Shown here piece by piece: positions 53,668 to 64,000 of a stretch of DNA of 64,000 bases (its first letter is position 1; each line of letters opens with the position of its first letter). The position numbers and the translations under genes were made by a program. This stretch comes from Rhina ancylostomus. Taxonomy: Eukaryota. The notes below the pieces were generated by a model. The model was given only the letters and a program-made list of their open reading frames with translations. It was not told the origin of the DNA and did not search any database. The stretch covers positions 76,206,637 through 76,270,636 of the forward strand of contig JARFYF010000112.1 of assembly GCA_030265395.1 (NCBI GenBank). Direction: 5' to 3'.

Positions 53668-53781
53668 CTTCTGAACAGGAGATGGAGATGTTGCATTGAA
53701 GTCTAAGGCCAGATAGTCAAGGTTTAACGTTCGGGGCCACTGAGTGCTGCCATTACCATTGTACACAGAGCTTGAGCGTTC
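53668..53781 (-). CDS. GAB3: GAB3 coding exon containing LDYLAL
   Basis: ccacag|GAA...AAG|gtattc; 114 bp, phase 0/0. Encodes ERSSSVYNGNGSTQWPRTLNLDYLALDFNATSPSPVQK. Confidence 0.95.
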
Positions 53782-54763
53782 CTGTGGATAAGGATAGTGA
53801 AAAATCAAACTCACTGACAAAAGTAGTTCACAATAATTATTATGTAGTACAAATAACACAAATGCTGAAAAATTGAAATAAAAAATACTGGAAATACTCA
53901 ATGTCAGGCAGAAAGTACTAATATTGAATTACTGTCAAAAATTGCTTCTGACAAAGTATAACATGAAATTCACTTAAAAACAGTCTCACATTGAATAAAA
54001 AAACTTCATTAATCTGATGTGGAGAACATTGTTGGGATATGGTCACAAACTTCTCAGAACTATTTACTTTAGGTTAAAGAAAACCTTCATTATACTGATC
54101 ACATCTTTCCTCTTCTTGCATTCAAACCTTACATCCAAATCTCTCTTTCCTTTCTGAAAAAAATATGAATGGTGTTTTTTGTAATCCATTTACTCCACTT
54201 TTGATAACAAATCGTTCCATTTCAGAGTTATTCTATGGCTGAAAAAAAGGCTAATCATCCCTTGATGTCTCCTCTTATTCATTACCTGGATTTTAGTTTG
54301 TATGCATGTACATTCATATTGCACCATGAGAACACCTTTGTCTGTTCAGAGTATTTTTTGTCATCGCACCTGGAAAATGCTAATTGACTGCAATATTGTT
54401 TCCTAGCTTTAAAACAATATATAAAATTTATCCCCATTAATTTAAGGGGGTGGAGATTGGTCTTTGTTTCTTTTATAGACATAATACAAGAGCACCCAAA
54501 TACAAATTTCAGAGCATAACAATCTACAGCCAAATGAAATGTGAAAATCACCAATGCAAAATCTGGTCAATTTTTGTGAGGACGATTAAAATAGCAATGA
54601 GGACTCTTGTATACTTTAATGAGTTTCATGTCCAGTGAAGGACTCTTCATAGAAATGTGGCCACCCTGAGCACAGAAGACATTGACTGATATGCTCTGCA
54701 TTACCAAAGGAACCCTGCACTATTATTGGCTACACTATTCCTCATGCATTTCTTATTTTTTAC

Positions 54764-54866
54764 CATTGCAGTGTAATTTTCTTCACTCTCCCCATCAAAG
54801 GTGCTGTAAAAACTTCTGCCTGAACAACTTTGGCTTTCAGGTGTGATGCAATTAGCGGTACTCCAT
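54764..54866 (-). CDS. GAB3: GAB3 coding exon (third YxxM); alternative start at 54869
   Basis: tttag-cag|A TGG...ATG|gtaaaa; phase 2/0. Encodes WSTANCITPESQSCSGRSFYSTFDGESEENYTAM (cf. GAB1/2 SEENYVPM). The frame differs from the listed ORF. Confidence 0.85.
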
Positions 54867-55632
54867 CTGCTAAATTAGAAAAGAGAAAGGTCAGGATAAT
54901 GACTACATACAGCATGGCGAAGAACACTGAAAGATTACACAAAGNNNNNNNNNNNNNNNNNNNNNNNNNACCTTTGGACTGTTCCACCATTTCATTTGAT
55001 CATAATTTTTCTGTACCTCATTATCACTTCCCTGGCTTTGATTTATATCCCTCCTAGTATAGAAGATGGAACTCCAAGTCATTCTTACATCTCAACATGA
55101 AATCTAAGACATGCTTTTTGGGTCTCTAAAATAAGTTCGGCAAAAGACTAATCAGTAATTCAATTGTGCAGGGTGTAACAATAATGGCCTCAATTTTGCT
55201 CTAGAAAGCAGCCAGAAGAGGTCTACAGCTTATTTAAGGCAGATGCACATGATACAATGTAACCAGTTTAACGGCTGAACTTTGCTTCAGCTCCCCACTA
55301 GTTTAATAGGTACAGACATTACCAACTGTGTAAATGAGGCATGTATATCAGAAAGTCCTATTGTTCATTTCTATTCCATGCTGGGTTAGTTGTTTTACAC
55401 GGATTGTTTCAGGAATGTTTAGAAAGTAAGGGATGGCTGTCTGTTGAAAGCCATCTGGAAGATATGTTTAGACATATGCTGGGTGAGAATGATATTCTCA
55501 GTGACGCATTCACAATGAAATAACCTACTACCACACACTTAAGGTGCATGTTTTTCAGACTGGGGGATTGGGGGAAGTTTGTGAAACTGTAAGAAAGGAA
55601 AGAAAATCTGTTTTAGGAATGAGTATACTTAC

Positions 55633-55723
55633 AATGGCATACTCCGTGTCCTGTTGACACCAGGATGGTTGCAGTGTCCCCTGATTGTCGACAAGCTCGT
55701 CAGATCTAAAGGTGGTGGCTTGA
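55633..55723 (-). CDS. GAB3: GAB3 coding exon (KPPPLDL)
   Basis: ttgcag|TC...TT|gtaagt; 91 bp, phase 1/2. Encodes IKPPPLDLTSLSTIRGHCNHPGVNRTRSMP. Confidence 0.92.
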
Positions 55724-56482
55724 CTGCAATTTGAACCACATTGTGAAAGCACAGATTAATTAATGTAGAGAGCAGTTGTGAAGCCTTTTTCTACAATGGG
55801 AAAAGTCAAAGCAATTGGTTGTTTCATTTGCTTTTATGTTTTTAATATTTTAAAACATCAACTTTTCAACTGTTGGGTGGTGTGGAGGAGGTTGGTCTCC
55901 ATGTCAGCCACCATTTGTGGAAACTGCAGCCTGGATTCTCCATTACAGTTAGAGTTTGTCCCAGAACACGCTCTCTGTTCAGCACCTTCATGCATGGTGG
56001 ATATTATTGGCATGCTGCATGCTTACTAAGGTGGTGTTATACGTAGGAGTGTAAGAAAAAGAAGCAGAAGTGGACTATTTTGCCCCATAAGCCTGCTTTG
56101 CCATTACACAAGATCATGGCTGATCTTCCACCTCAACAACATTGTCCTGCCCTATCCCCATATACGTTGATCACTCCAATATCCAAAAACCTAGAAATAC
56201 AACAAATTTTGCATCATCTGCAGATATTGTTCCAATAGAATGAAGTTTAAAGGTTGAGTATGGCATTGTATGTTTGGCCTTACTGATCATGAGTGCATTT
56301 CTAGGCATGTGTTTCTCATACAGCCTTTCACTCAGGGTGCTCCCAATGCCAGAAACTAAGCATGCAAACAAGCCATAGAAATACATCATTTCCTCTATAA
56401 AATAAGCTCCCATTTTTAAACAGATAAAATCATACCCCATATATAGATAAATGTACAATGGATATATGAAAATCACCCATAC

Positions 56483-56729
56483 TCTTTCTGATTCGAGGCT
56501 TGAGGTTCCTGTTAACTGGAGGAGGTTCAATGTCTGCAGGAAGTGTAGGTAATGGAAAATTGTCTACGGTGACTGATTGGAAGACCAAATTAGTACAAGC
56601 TGGACTCATAGGAATGTAACCATCTGATGTGCAATCAGCTGTAGACATTATTGGAGAAGATCCTGGATTCATAGGAACATAGCTGTCATCAGTGCTGTCC
56701 ATGGTACTACAGTGCTGGCCAGGGAGTTT
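56483..56729 (-). CDS. GAB3: GAB3 coding exon with YVPM, YIPM and PPPVNRNLKP
   Basis: aatgcag|AAA...AAG A|gtatgg; 247 bp, phase 0/1. Contains DDSYVPMNPG, DGYIPMSP and EPPPVNRNLKP (p85 SH2 and Grb2 SH3 motifs of GAB proteins). Confidence 0.96.
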
Positions 56730-57384
56730 CTGCATTAAGAGAAAGAAATAGCTATGTTTATATAAAGATGAAGCCCAATTTATTTGCCCTAATCAGCAAC
56801 ATACTCTTGATAAATTAAATAAAAATGAACTAGGATGAACATGGGGCCAACCGTATTTAAATATGACCCAGATTTTGGTGGCAAAATAATCATGAATTTA
56901 ATAAACATGTTATCAGTGTGTAAAGGTTCCAGTAAATTTTGGTGAGAAAAAGATGAGTGTCATGAGCTGCAAGTTGATCCAAAATGTCAGATAACTTGCC
57001 TTATGAAAATGAGAGCTCATCAGTTTCCCAGGAATTTCAAGAAATTGTTGCATTTGTGTTTTGATTGACAAATAGACTCACAGTTGGAAGTTAGGATTTG
57101 TCCCCAACAGCACAAAAATCAGTTTAAATGTGAGATGAAAGTTTCTGTGATGTCACTCAGCCTCTGCAATCCAGAAAGGAAATAAATAAAACTTATTCTA
57201 AGTTTATAAATTTTCCCTTGATTTAAAATTAAAATGTTTCATTCCTTTCTGTCTTTGTTCCCACTTAATTAATTTTTTTGTGTGTATCTGAACTGACTCC
57301 AGTTCATTCTAATTCCTTTCAAAATCTTAAATTTGATTGGTTCATAAGATAGACTGTTGGTCCCATTGTTCTTGCAAGCCATGG

Positions 57385-58185
57385 CCGTGGTTATGTTACT
57401 GGGCTCTTAAGCCAACATCATTCCAATGATTTAGAGACATGAATTCAAATCCCACCAGTGCAGCAGGGGAATTTCTGGTAGTCAAGTAAACAGACCTGGA
57501 AGAAAAAGCTGCTAAATACTGGACTACGAGAAAACAACTGTCATCTTTTTGGAAAGGAAATTAACTGCCTATTATTGGACCATTAAAGTGGTTAATTCCT
57601 CTATTCTCTAAAACAGTGTTCATACTTTTCTTCAGGCAAGCCACTTTAACTAAATGGTTCACCGATGCAATCCAACTTTAATAACTATCTAACTATAAAC
57701 CTATTTGTAGGTGCTATCAAGGTATTGACATAAGGAAGAACCTGCATTCATACCACATCTATTGAAGGTACTGATGCTTACAAGAAGTGATTGGTTTTGA
57801 AATCACAGAGTGCAACTGTCAATAAAAGCAGCAGCTCTCAATGACAACTGTAGCTGAGACATTAGACAGCAAGCAGATGCTCTCTGTCTCTTCTGTGCAG
57901 GAGCAAGCCATGGGTAAAATCAATTTTGGTGACCCATTTTGTAACATACAGTACCCAACCATTGGTTATGACCCCACTTTGAAAACCACTGCTCTAAAAT
58001 GAATTGGCAAACCATTCAGTTGTAATAATCATTGCAAAAAAAAGTAAGCTTGCAAGTACTTTCATGGTAATAGGCCACAGCAGCTTAAGATGGTGGCTCT
58101 AGGCCATCTTTCAAAAAGCAAGTAAGGATGTGTAATCGAAGCTGTTTTTTGCAGTAATGCCCATGTCCCAAAAGAATGCAAACAA
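57385..58185 (+). mobile_element. Ancient SINE-like repeat interrupted by a hAT MITE
   Basis: gtggttatgttactggg...gaattcaaatcccacc...aaggaaattaactgcc, resuming after 57999 with ggcaaaccattcagttg and ending gtaaggatg...atgcccatgtccc. Confidence 0.65.
57614..57991. mobile_element. hAT (Charlie-like) non-autonomous element with 8-bp TSD
   Basis: CTCTAAAA|cagtgttcatacttt ... ctttgaaaaccactg|CTCTAAAA. The TSD copies are at 57606-57613 and 57992-57999, and the termini are CAGTG...CACTG. Confidence 0.88.
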
Positions 58186-58512
58186 ACCTTCTGGTGGGAC
58201 TATTGGATAGCTAATCTCCTAAAGTAAACCTTGGATTCCTTTGTTAAAACAGTGACTGCAGTTCAAAAGTACTTCAATGGCTGTGAAAGACTTTGGGAAA
58301 TTCCAAGATCATGAAAGGTGTTCTTTAAATATATATGTTTTTAATCTGTTTACTACTTAGTTAAACATATTAATCCCTCTGTCTTAATAGATGACAGATA
58401 CATTTGGTGCTAATAAATTGAGTGGGCATTTTGTATTTCCAGACTCTCTTGTTTTCCCATATAACACACGTGGTGACACATCTGATATTTACGCTTCATA
58501 CACAGCACTCAC

Positions 58513-58598
58513 CGGGTTCACATTAAACCCTTCCTCTGCAGTTGTTATGCAATTCCCTTGGTAATCAGTAAAAGGAAAGAGATTGCACTCTTCGGCAT
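58513..58598 (-). CDS. GAB3: GAB3 short internal coding exon
   Basis: tgtttcag|AT GCC...CCG|gtgagt; 86 bp, phase 1/0, exactly bridging the phases of the flanking exons. Encodes DAEECNLFPFTDYQGNCITTAEEGFNVNP. Confidence 0.8.
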
Positions 58599-58849
58599 CT
58601 GAAACATAAAATTTGTTTATTTGATTGAAGCGCATATCCTTATTTTGCAACAAACAACTCGAAAAAAGAAAAGAAATATTGATCAATTAGGAATCTCACT
58701 TCAGACTTCGAGCTTTATTTATTCTTACACCATGACCCTACCATTGTAAACCATTTAGTTTTAACTATAGATTTTGAGATCCAATAATTGCTTTATGATA
58801 TACTTTGCCCAAAAATACAGTCTTGGGATAAAAATTCCCAATGAAGTAG

Positions 58850-59179
58850 GAACATAATGGGCTGGGTCCAACAAAGGAGGCCATTCAGCCAATTGACCTA
58901 TTCCACTAATCCCTTTGTCCCATTTATTTTGTGGAAACCTATTCCATCTTGCACAACCTGCTGATTCACCTACCACTCTCTACACTAATAGTACTTCATA
59001 GAAGCCAATTAAACTACACACTAGCATGTGAATGGAATGTATAAGGAAACCAAGGTACCCAGCAGAAACTCATGCAATCACAAAGAGAATGTGTAAACTC
59101 CACACATGCAGCACTGGAGCTCAGGATTTAGTCCAGATCACTTGAGTTCTGGGGCAACAGCACTACCTGCTGCTACCAC
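58850..59179 (-). mobile_element. HE1-like V-SINE, antisense
   Basis: Reverse V-domain aggaaaccaaggtacccagcagaaactcatgcaatcacaaagagaatgtgtaaactccacaca, plus a reverse CR1-like tail ggaggccattcagcc. Confidence 0.8.
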
Positions 59180-59876
59180 AAGGCCAGAATGAGGAAATTA
59201 TAGAGATTATTATGCATGACAGATCAGTACAGAAAGTGAAATAGAGGGAAGGAAAAATGTAATTAGAGTGAAAGAGATGGAGAAAAAAAATTAGTATTAT
59301 GTATTTTCTTTTTTTTAATCTACAACAATATTTAAAGTCTGAAGAAGTGTGAGAACTCACATTGTAGGTTAATTTTACATGCCAGAGAATTAGTCTGGCA
59401 AGAATTAACACTCACCACACCATTAAAAATTGACAAGGCTCAACTTTCTCTGGTGAATTTAGTGTCTATCTTGCACTCGTGTAACCCAAATTGACACTGC
59501 ACAATATATTTACTTTATAAATATCTCAGTGACATGCAGTTGTTGCACAACTTCTGGAGAAAGAGGACAACTCAAAAAGCAAGCCCCGATATCCATGTTT
59601 AATCTCATGCATGAGATTGCACGAAGTTCCTGCCTGACTTAACTCTTCCATAATGTTGAGTGAAACTGGTTTCACCTTTACTTCCATCGTGAATATGTCT
59701 GTATAAAACTAATTGTCTTATAACTTAGCCAAATTTTTAACCTATTTAAAAAATTATTTGTTAAAATAATTGATACATCAATTTCATACAAAATATATTA
59801 ACATGTTTCCATTATAGTAAAGCATAGTGCTATTTCATTCCATCCTTGTCATAAAGTAAAAACAAGAGGGTGAATT

Positions 59877-59916
59877 TGGTATTGGTATTGGCTTATTATT
59901 GTCTCTTGTACCGAGG
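59877..59916 (-). mobile_element. Rex1/Babar extreme 3'-end fragment
   Basis: tggtattggtattggcttattattgtctcttgtaccgagg is a near-exact reverse complement of the tail at 3075-3112. Confidence 0.85.
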
Positions 59917-60119
59917 TCACTTGTCAGTTGTACTGAGAATTTCATTGTCTGGTAGGTATTATCGCATTGTCTGTTAAACACAGAATTAAACAGAATGAGA
60001 CATGGCTGTGATGCTCCCCTTCCACCCCAGCCACCTCACTCTTCAATTAAATATCCTGCTAATAGTCACCCTGCTCAAAGACGAACAACAGTCATTTTAC
60101 TGAAGTCCCAGGGAGATGT

Positions 60120-60405
60120 TTGGAGTCTAAGTGGTCAGCCATTTGAGAAGAGAATAAATTTCTTCACCAAAATGTTTGGAATTCTCTTCCAAAGGGGACT
60201 GTGGAGGCTCAATTGCTGAGTTTGTTCAAGAAAATAGTTGATAGATTTTTGTATATTGAGGGAATCAAGACACATAGGTTTAATGTAGGAAAGAGGCATA
60301 GTCATACAGCATGGAAACAGGCCCTATGGCCCAATTCATCCATGCCGATCAAGATGCCCTTCTATGCTAGCCCTACTTGCCCGCATTTGATCCATATATC
60401 TCTTA
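60120..60405. mobile_element. Two CR1 3' fragments, tail to tail
   Basis: Sense aatttcttcacc...ggaattctcttcc...gtggaggct...gatagattttt is followed by an antisense catagtcatacagcatggaaacaggccc tail. Confidence 0.7.
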
Positions 60406-61096
60406 TTGAATGATGGTGAGGGCACAAGGGGGTGCCTACCCTTTCTTATGGAACCAAATCTTAACAATTTTTTTCTTGAGAAAGGGAAAGGAAACTGGAA
60501 ACCAAAAATGAACACGCAGTAGGCCTTTCCTCTTTTTAATATTAACAGCATGTGTCCATATTTCATCATTAACAAAGAGAAATATCAAAAGACCCTTCAC
60601 AGAGACATCAAGGAAGGGTCTGAACATATTTTAAAATTGACAACTACGGAGCCATTAAGGCACTGCTCAGTATCTTGTATATTCTTCAGTGCTTCAGCTG
60701 CATACCAGAAAACTAAAGATAANNNNNNNNNNNNNNNNNNNNNNNNNNNNNNNNNNNNNNNNNNNNNNNNNNNNNNNNNNNNNGAGGCAGTCTCTGTGAT
60801 GGAGGAAATGTGACTCGCAGAAGATCATTATAGGGTCAAATAGACTGCTGAGCATGCAAAAGGTCAGGTTTGGTCTGAGACAGTATTGGAGCAGGAGCTA
60901 GTGAATTAGCAAGAGATTCCATTGGGCATGCTATATAAATCTATGCTGGACTTTAAAATCTGTAGCATGCCTGAGGTAACCTTTTTGGGTTATCTCTGAA
61001 AAGTTGGGAATATTAACAGGTATTAATAAATTAAACAAACATGGTACATGTGAATTGTGAAAGGCTCTACAACAATATCTGGTTTTGTAATATTAC

Positions 61097-61557
61097 CTCT
61101 CCAACATCTTGTTTTCTCCAGACTTGAAAGAGGGATTCTTTTGGGTACTGGTGCTGGGTTTACAGCATAGGCACCATCTCCATTCTGAACCACTTTGTGT
61201 GTCTTTTCACGGTCAGTTAATTGGTTTGGCTTTGGTGGCCGTGGAGGTGGGGTGTTTGATAAAAGGTGAATCCCTGTTACCCCAAAGGGTAAAGTATTGT
61301 GGTTTTTGTCAAAGTTAAAGATCTGTGAGAATGAATAAACTGACAATGGAGATGAGGATGCTGAAGAAGGTCCACTGTGATCTTGGCTGGGAAGAATGAC
61401 CATTTGCGAATCTTGCACATTTTTGTACAGTGGTATATTGCAAGACAACTGTGTTGGAGTGCTGCTCTTGGGTTGCAGATTCTCTTGAATATCTTCTGAT
61501 CCCGTCAGCTCAAAGGAATGATCAAATGATTTATCACATGGGGAACAACTGTTGCTT
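61097..61557 (-). CDS. GAB3: GAB3 large coding exon with PPPRPPKP
   Basis: ttttgcag|A AGC...AGA G|gtaata; 461 bp, phase 2/1. Encodes SNSCSPCDKSFDHSFEL...LLSNTPPPRPPKP...PVPKRIPLSSLEKTRCWR. Confidence 0.94.
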
Positions 61558-63586
61558 CTGCAAAAGGAAAATTATCTGGTTTAGAAAGAAAGTATATCAT
61601 TTATTATCAAGATTCTCAGAAATGTCTCCAAACACTTCACATATACTAAGTTGCATTGTAAATGTAGTGACTGTTAAAATGGACCCATCTTGCAAATGCC
61701 AAGATGTCATGAACAATAGTGAGATTGGAGGTTAGTAATCAATCTGGGAAAGAAATATTGACCAGAACATAGGTAAATTTTGTTCTTCTTTAAGTGAATA
61801 ATGAGGCACTTCATACGTTACTGAACTGTCAGTTCAATTATGTGCAGAAGTCCTAATATAGAGTTTGAATCCACAATCATAAGAGAAGTTGATACAAGTG
61901 CTAGGTAGCTATTGGAAACTGAAGATAGTTTCCAATGTATTATATTATTTCATGTAATGTCACTTCAAATCAAAAGGCATTATCAAATTCTTTCATGTAA
62001 CTTTTATGTGTATCACAAAAAGAGGGAATCATGATGCAAAATACTTTTAACAAACCAAGTTTCACATGGGTCCAGACAATAGATCGAAATTATAGTTGCA
62101 ATTACCTTGGCCATTTGTGCAATCTTTGAGCCACAGCTGCTATGTAGTGCCTATTATTTCATATTCCTGATTTTCTCTTACTTCCTCTTGAAGAGAATGG
62201 CACTAAAGTAAAATTCCACATCTACTGAGCCTTCAATTTCATACCATTAGTCATCATGTGTGAGCTCAAATCAATAGAGNNNNNNNNNNNNNNNNNNNNN
62301 NNNNNNNNNNNNNNNNNNNNNNNNNNNNNNNNNNNNNNNNNNNNNNNNNNNNNNNNNNNNNNNNNNNNNNNNNNNNNNNNNNNNNTCATATCAGTGAGTT
62401 TCCATTTTCTTCTTTACACAAGATGGTAGGGGGTGGGGGATGGGGAATTCACTGGATTATGATCAAAGGCAGGAAACCCTTCATTGTTTTTTCAGGCCAA
62501 GACCATTAAAGCCAATTACTGTGCCAGACAGAACTACTGCGCCACTCTGATCAGCCAACTCACAACAGGAACTGAACCAGGGTCAGTGCACTTTATTGCC
62601 AGACTTCAGAAAGGCCCTTTCCTAGATCCTATTATCCTAATGTAGTACTTTATCACTTTGTTTTTCACCTGTAAGGAGGCAGCCAGGAGAGGAAATGAGA
62701 GCCAAAGCCTCTTGGAGAAGAGCAGTTTCTTTATTTCCTGCTTCATCAACCTGCTGCTGCCTCTGCACCTATTCTTTTAAAAAGCCAGTGGTTCGCAGCT
62801 ACAGGAACGGAAGTATATTGGAAAGGCACTTTTATCTAGTTGTTGTGCATTGGTAATCAGGGTTGATGATCAGAGACTCAATACTGACACCCTATGGTTG
62901 AGATTTCAAAAAAAGTCAGTACCAACCAAAACTTTGTCCATCAATAATTTGATAAGATTGCATTTGACTCACAGCCTTCATGGATATGCTAAGCTTTACA
63001 AGCTTAATCAGGGCAGGTGCTGTTCAGAGTGATACAAGTGACTGACTCCTGCCGAAGCTGTTGGAAAAGCAACACTGCCTTGAGCTCGGGCAAGCATAAG
63101 TCAGTCAAGGTTCTCACTTACAATTGCTATCCAGGAGGCTCTGCTGGAAAATACATTCCCAAGAAAAGGAGTCATCAGAGTTATGAAATCCTCAACAGAG
63201 AAATTTCATGCCATGATTCACCACTTGGTTTTGTATACATAGACTACTTAAGACATCGGAAACTACAAAGCCTGAAGAACCATATCTAGCAAAGGCCAGT
63301 AGCTTAATAGGAGATGAGGAGGAAATTAGAAGAAATATTCTGCTGGTGGTATTAAATAACATTCTGGCAGAAATTATATCAGTGTAAATAATAACATGCC
63401 TGCATAATGTTCTATGAAATAAATACGTGAGACAGTATAGAATGTACAGGAAATGAGAAAGATTGATAATCATCTAAAACAAAATTGTGGCTAGAGCGGT
63501 TAAGCTTTGTCTGTAAGGAAATCATTGGTGATCAGTAGCCTTCTATAACAACAACTTAATTTGTGGAGTCTGTTCAAATCTTTTAC

Positions 63587-63815
63587 CTGGCCGTATCTAT
63601 TGATTTGGTCTCGCATTGGGATAAAATAAGATAATCCAGAGGTATGGAAGCAGAGAGTGTGGAGTCTGATTCACTTCTCCTGGAGCCAGCTTCAGTTCCA
63701 GAATCTTGAGTTGAGGGAAATTGGTCTCTATTCGTTGACTGCTGTGTGTGAGTTGAAACAGCAGGAGATGGTTGGAGTGAAGAGGAGGTGGTAGGAGAAG
63801 AACTGCCAAGGGAAT
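63587..63815 (-). CDS. GAB3: GAB3 coding exon following the PH-domain exons (which lie beyond the window)
   Basis: atttcag|AT TCC...GCC AG|gtaaaa; 229 bp, phase 1/2. Encodes DSLGSSPTTSSSLQPSP...RSESDSTLSASIPLDYLILSQCET (cf. GAB3 DYLVLSNCET). The frame differs from the listed ORF. Confidence 0.92.
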
Positions 63816-64000
63816 CTGAAATAAAAAGTATTTATTATTGTGCTGCACACTGAATGTTCATTCTTATTTACATAGCGGATGGGAAGATTTCCCTCAATAA
63901 ACCTCTATTTCCCTTAATCTCCAACCACACCCCCGACCCCGCAGTCACAAACCACCCATAATTGGATGTATTATTGGTGCTTCTTCATCAATGCAGTGTT

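Noticed and set aside
63597-63848. Listed minus ORF MQHNNKYFLFQIPLAV... (and similarly 54760..54990)
   Set aside because: Wrong frame; the real GAB3 exons use a different frame fixed by splice phase.
1-64000. CRISPR arrays, rRNA/tRNA genes, prokaryotic operons
   Set aside because: The DNA is vertebrate; there are no regularly spaced repeats, and the tRNA-like segments are SINE heads.

Overview
Vertebrate genomic DNA, almost certainly elasmobranch (shark/ray, batoid-like repeat complement: HE1-like V-SINEs, DeuSINE/SacSINE-like copies, CR1, Rex1/Babar, Penelope-type remnants), from a gapped assembly. It holds the 3' ends of two convergent spliced genes. On + are the last two coding exons of ARHGEF9 (collybistin, CB3-type C-terminus ...[17 protein letters not shown]). 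On - are seven coding exons of GAB3, ending in LDYLAL / VDYVQV / QEWTDVRQS. All splice junctions were read manually and keep frame. The rest is intron, long candidate 3'UTRs and layered TE fossils. Beyond ordinary annotation, the most notable items are: decayed two-gene Harbinger elements (Myb/SANT gene convergent with a HARBI1-like DDE transposase), a Penelope-type minimal hammerhead ribozyme motif with a variant core, a 25-bp hairpin, a hAT MITE with an intact 8-bp TSD, and nested retroposon insertions. I found no convincing wholly new biological system. Nearly all ORFs in the supplied track are spurious or TE fragments. TE boundaries are approximate and family assignments come from motif recall, not database searches.
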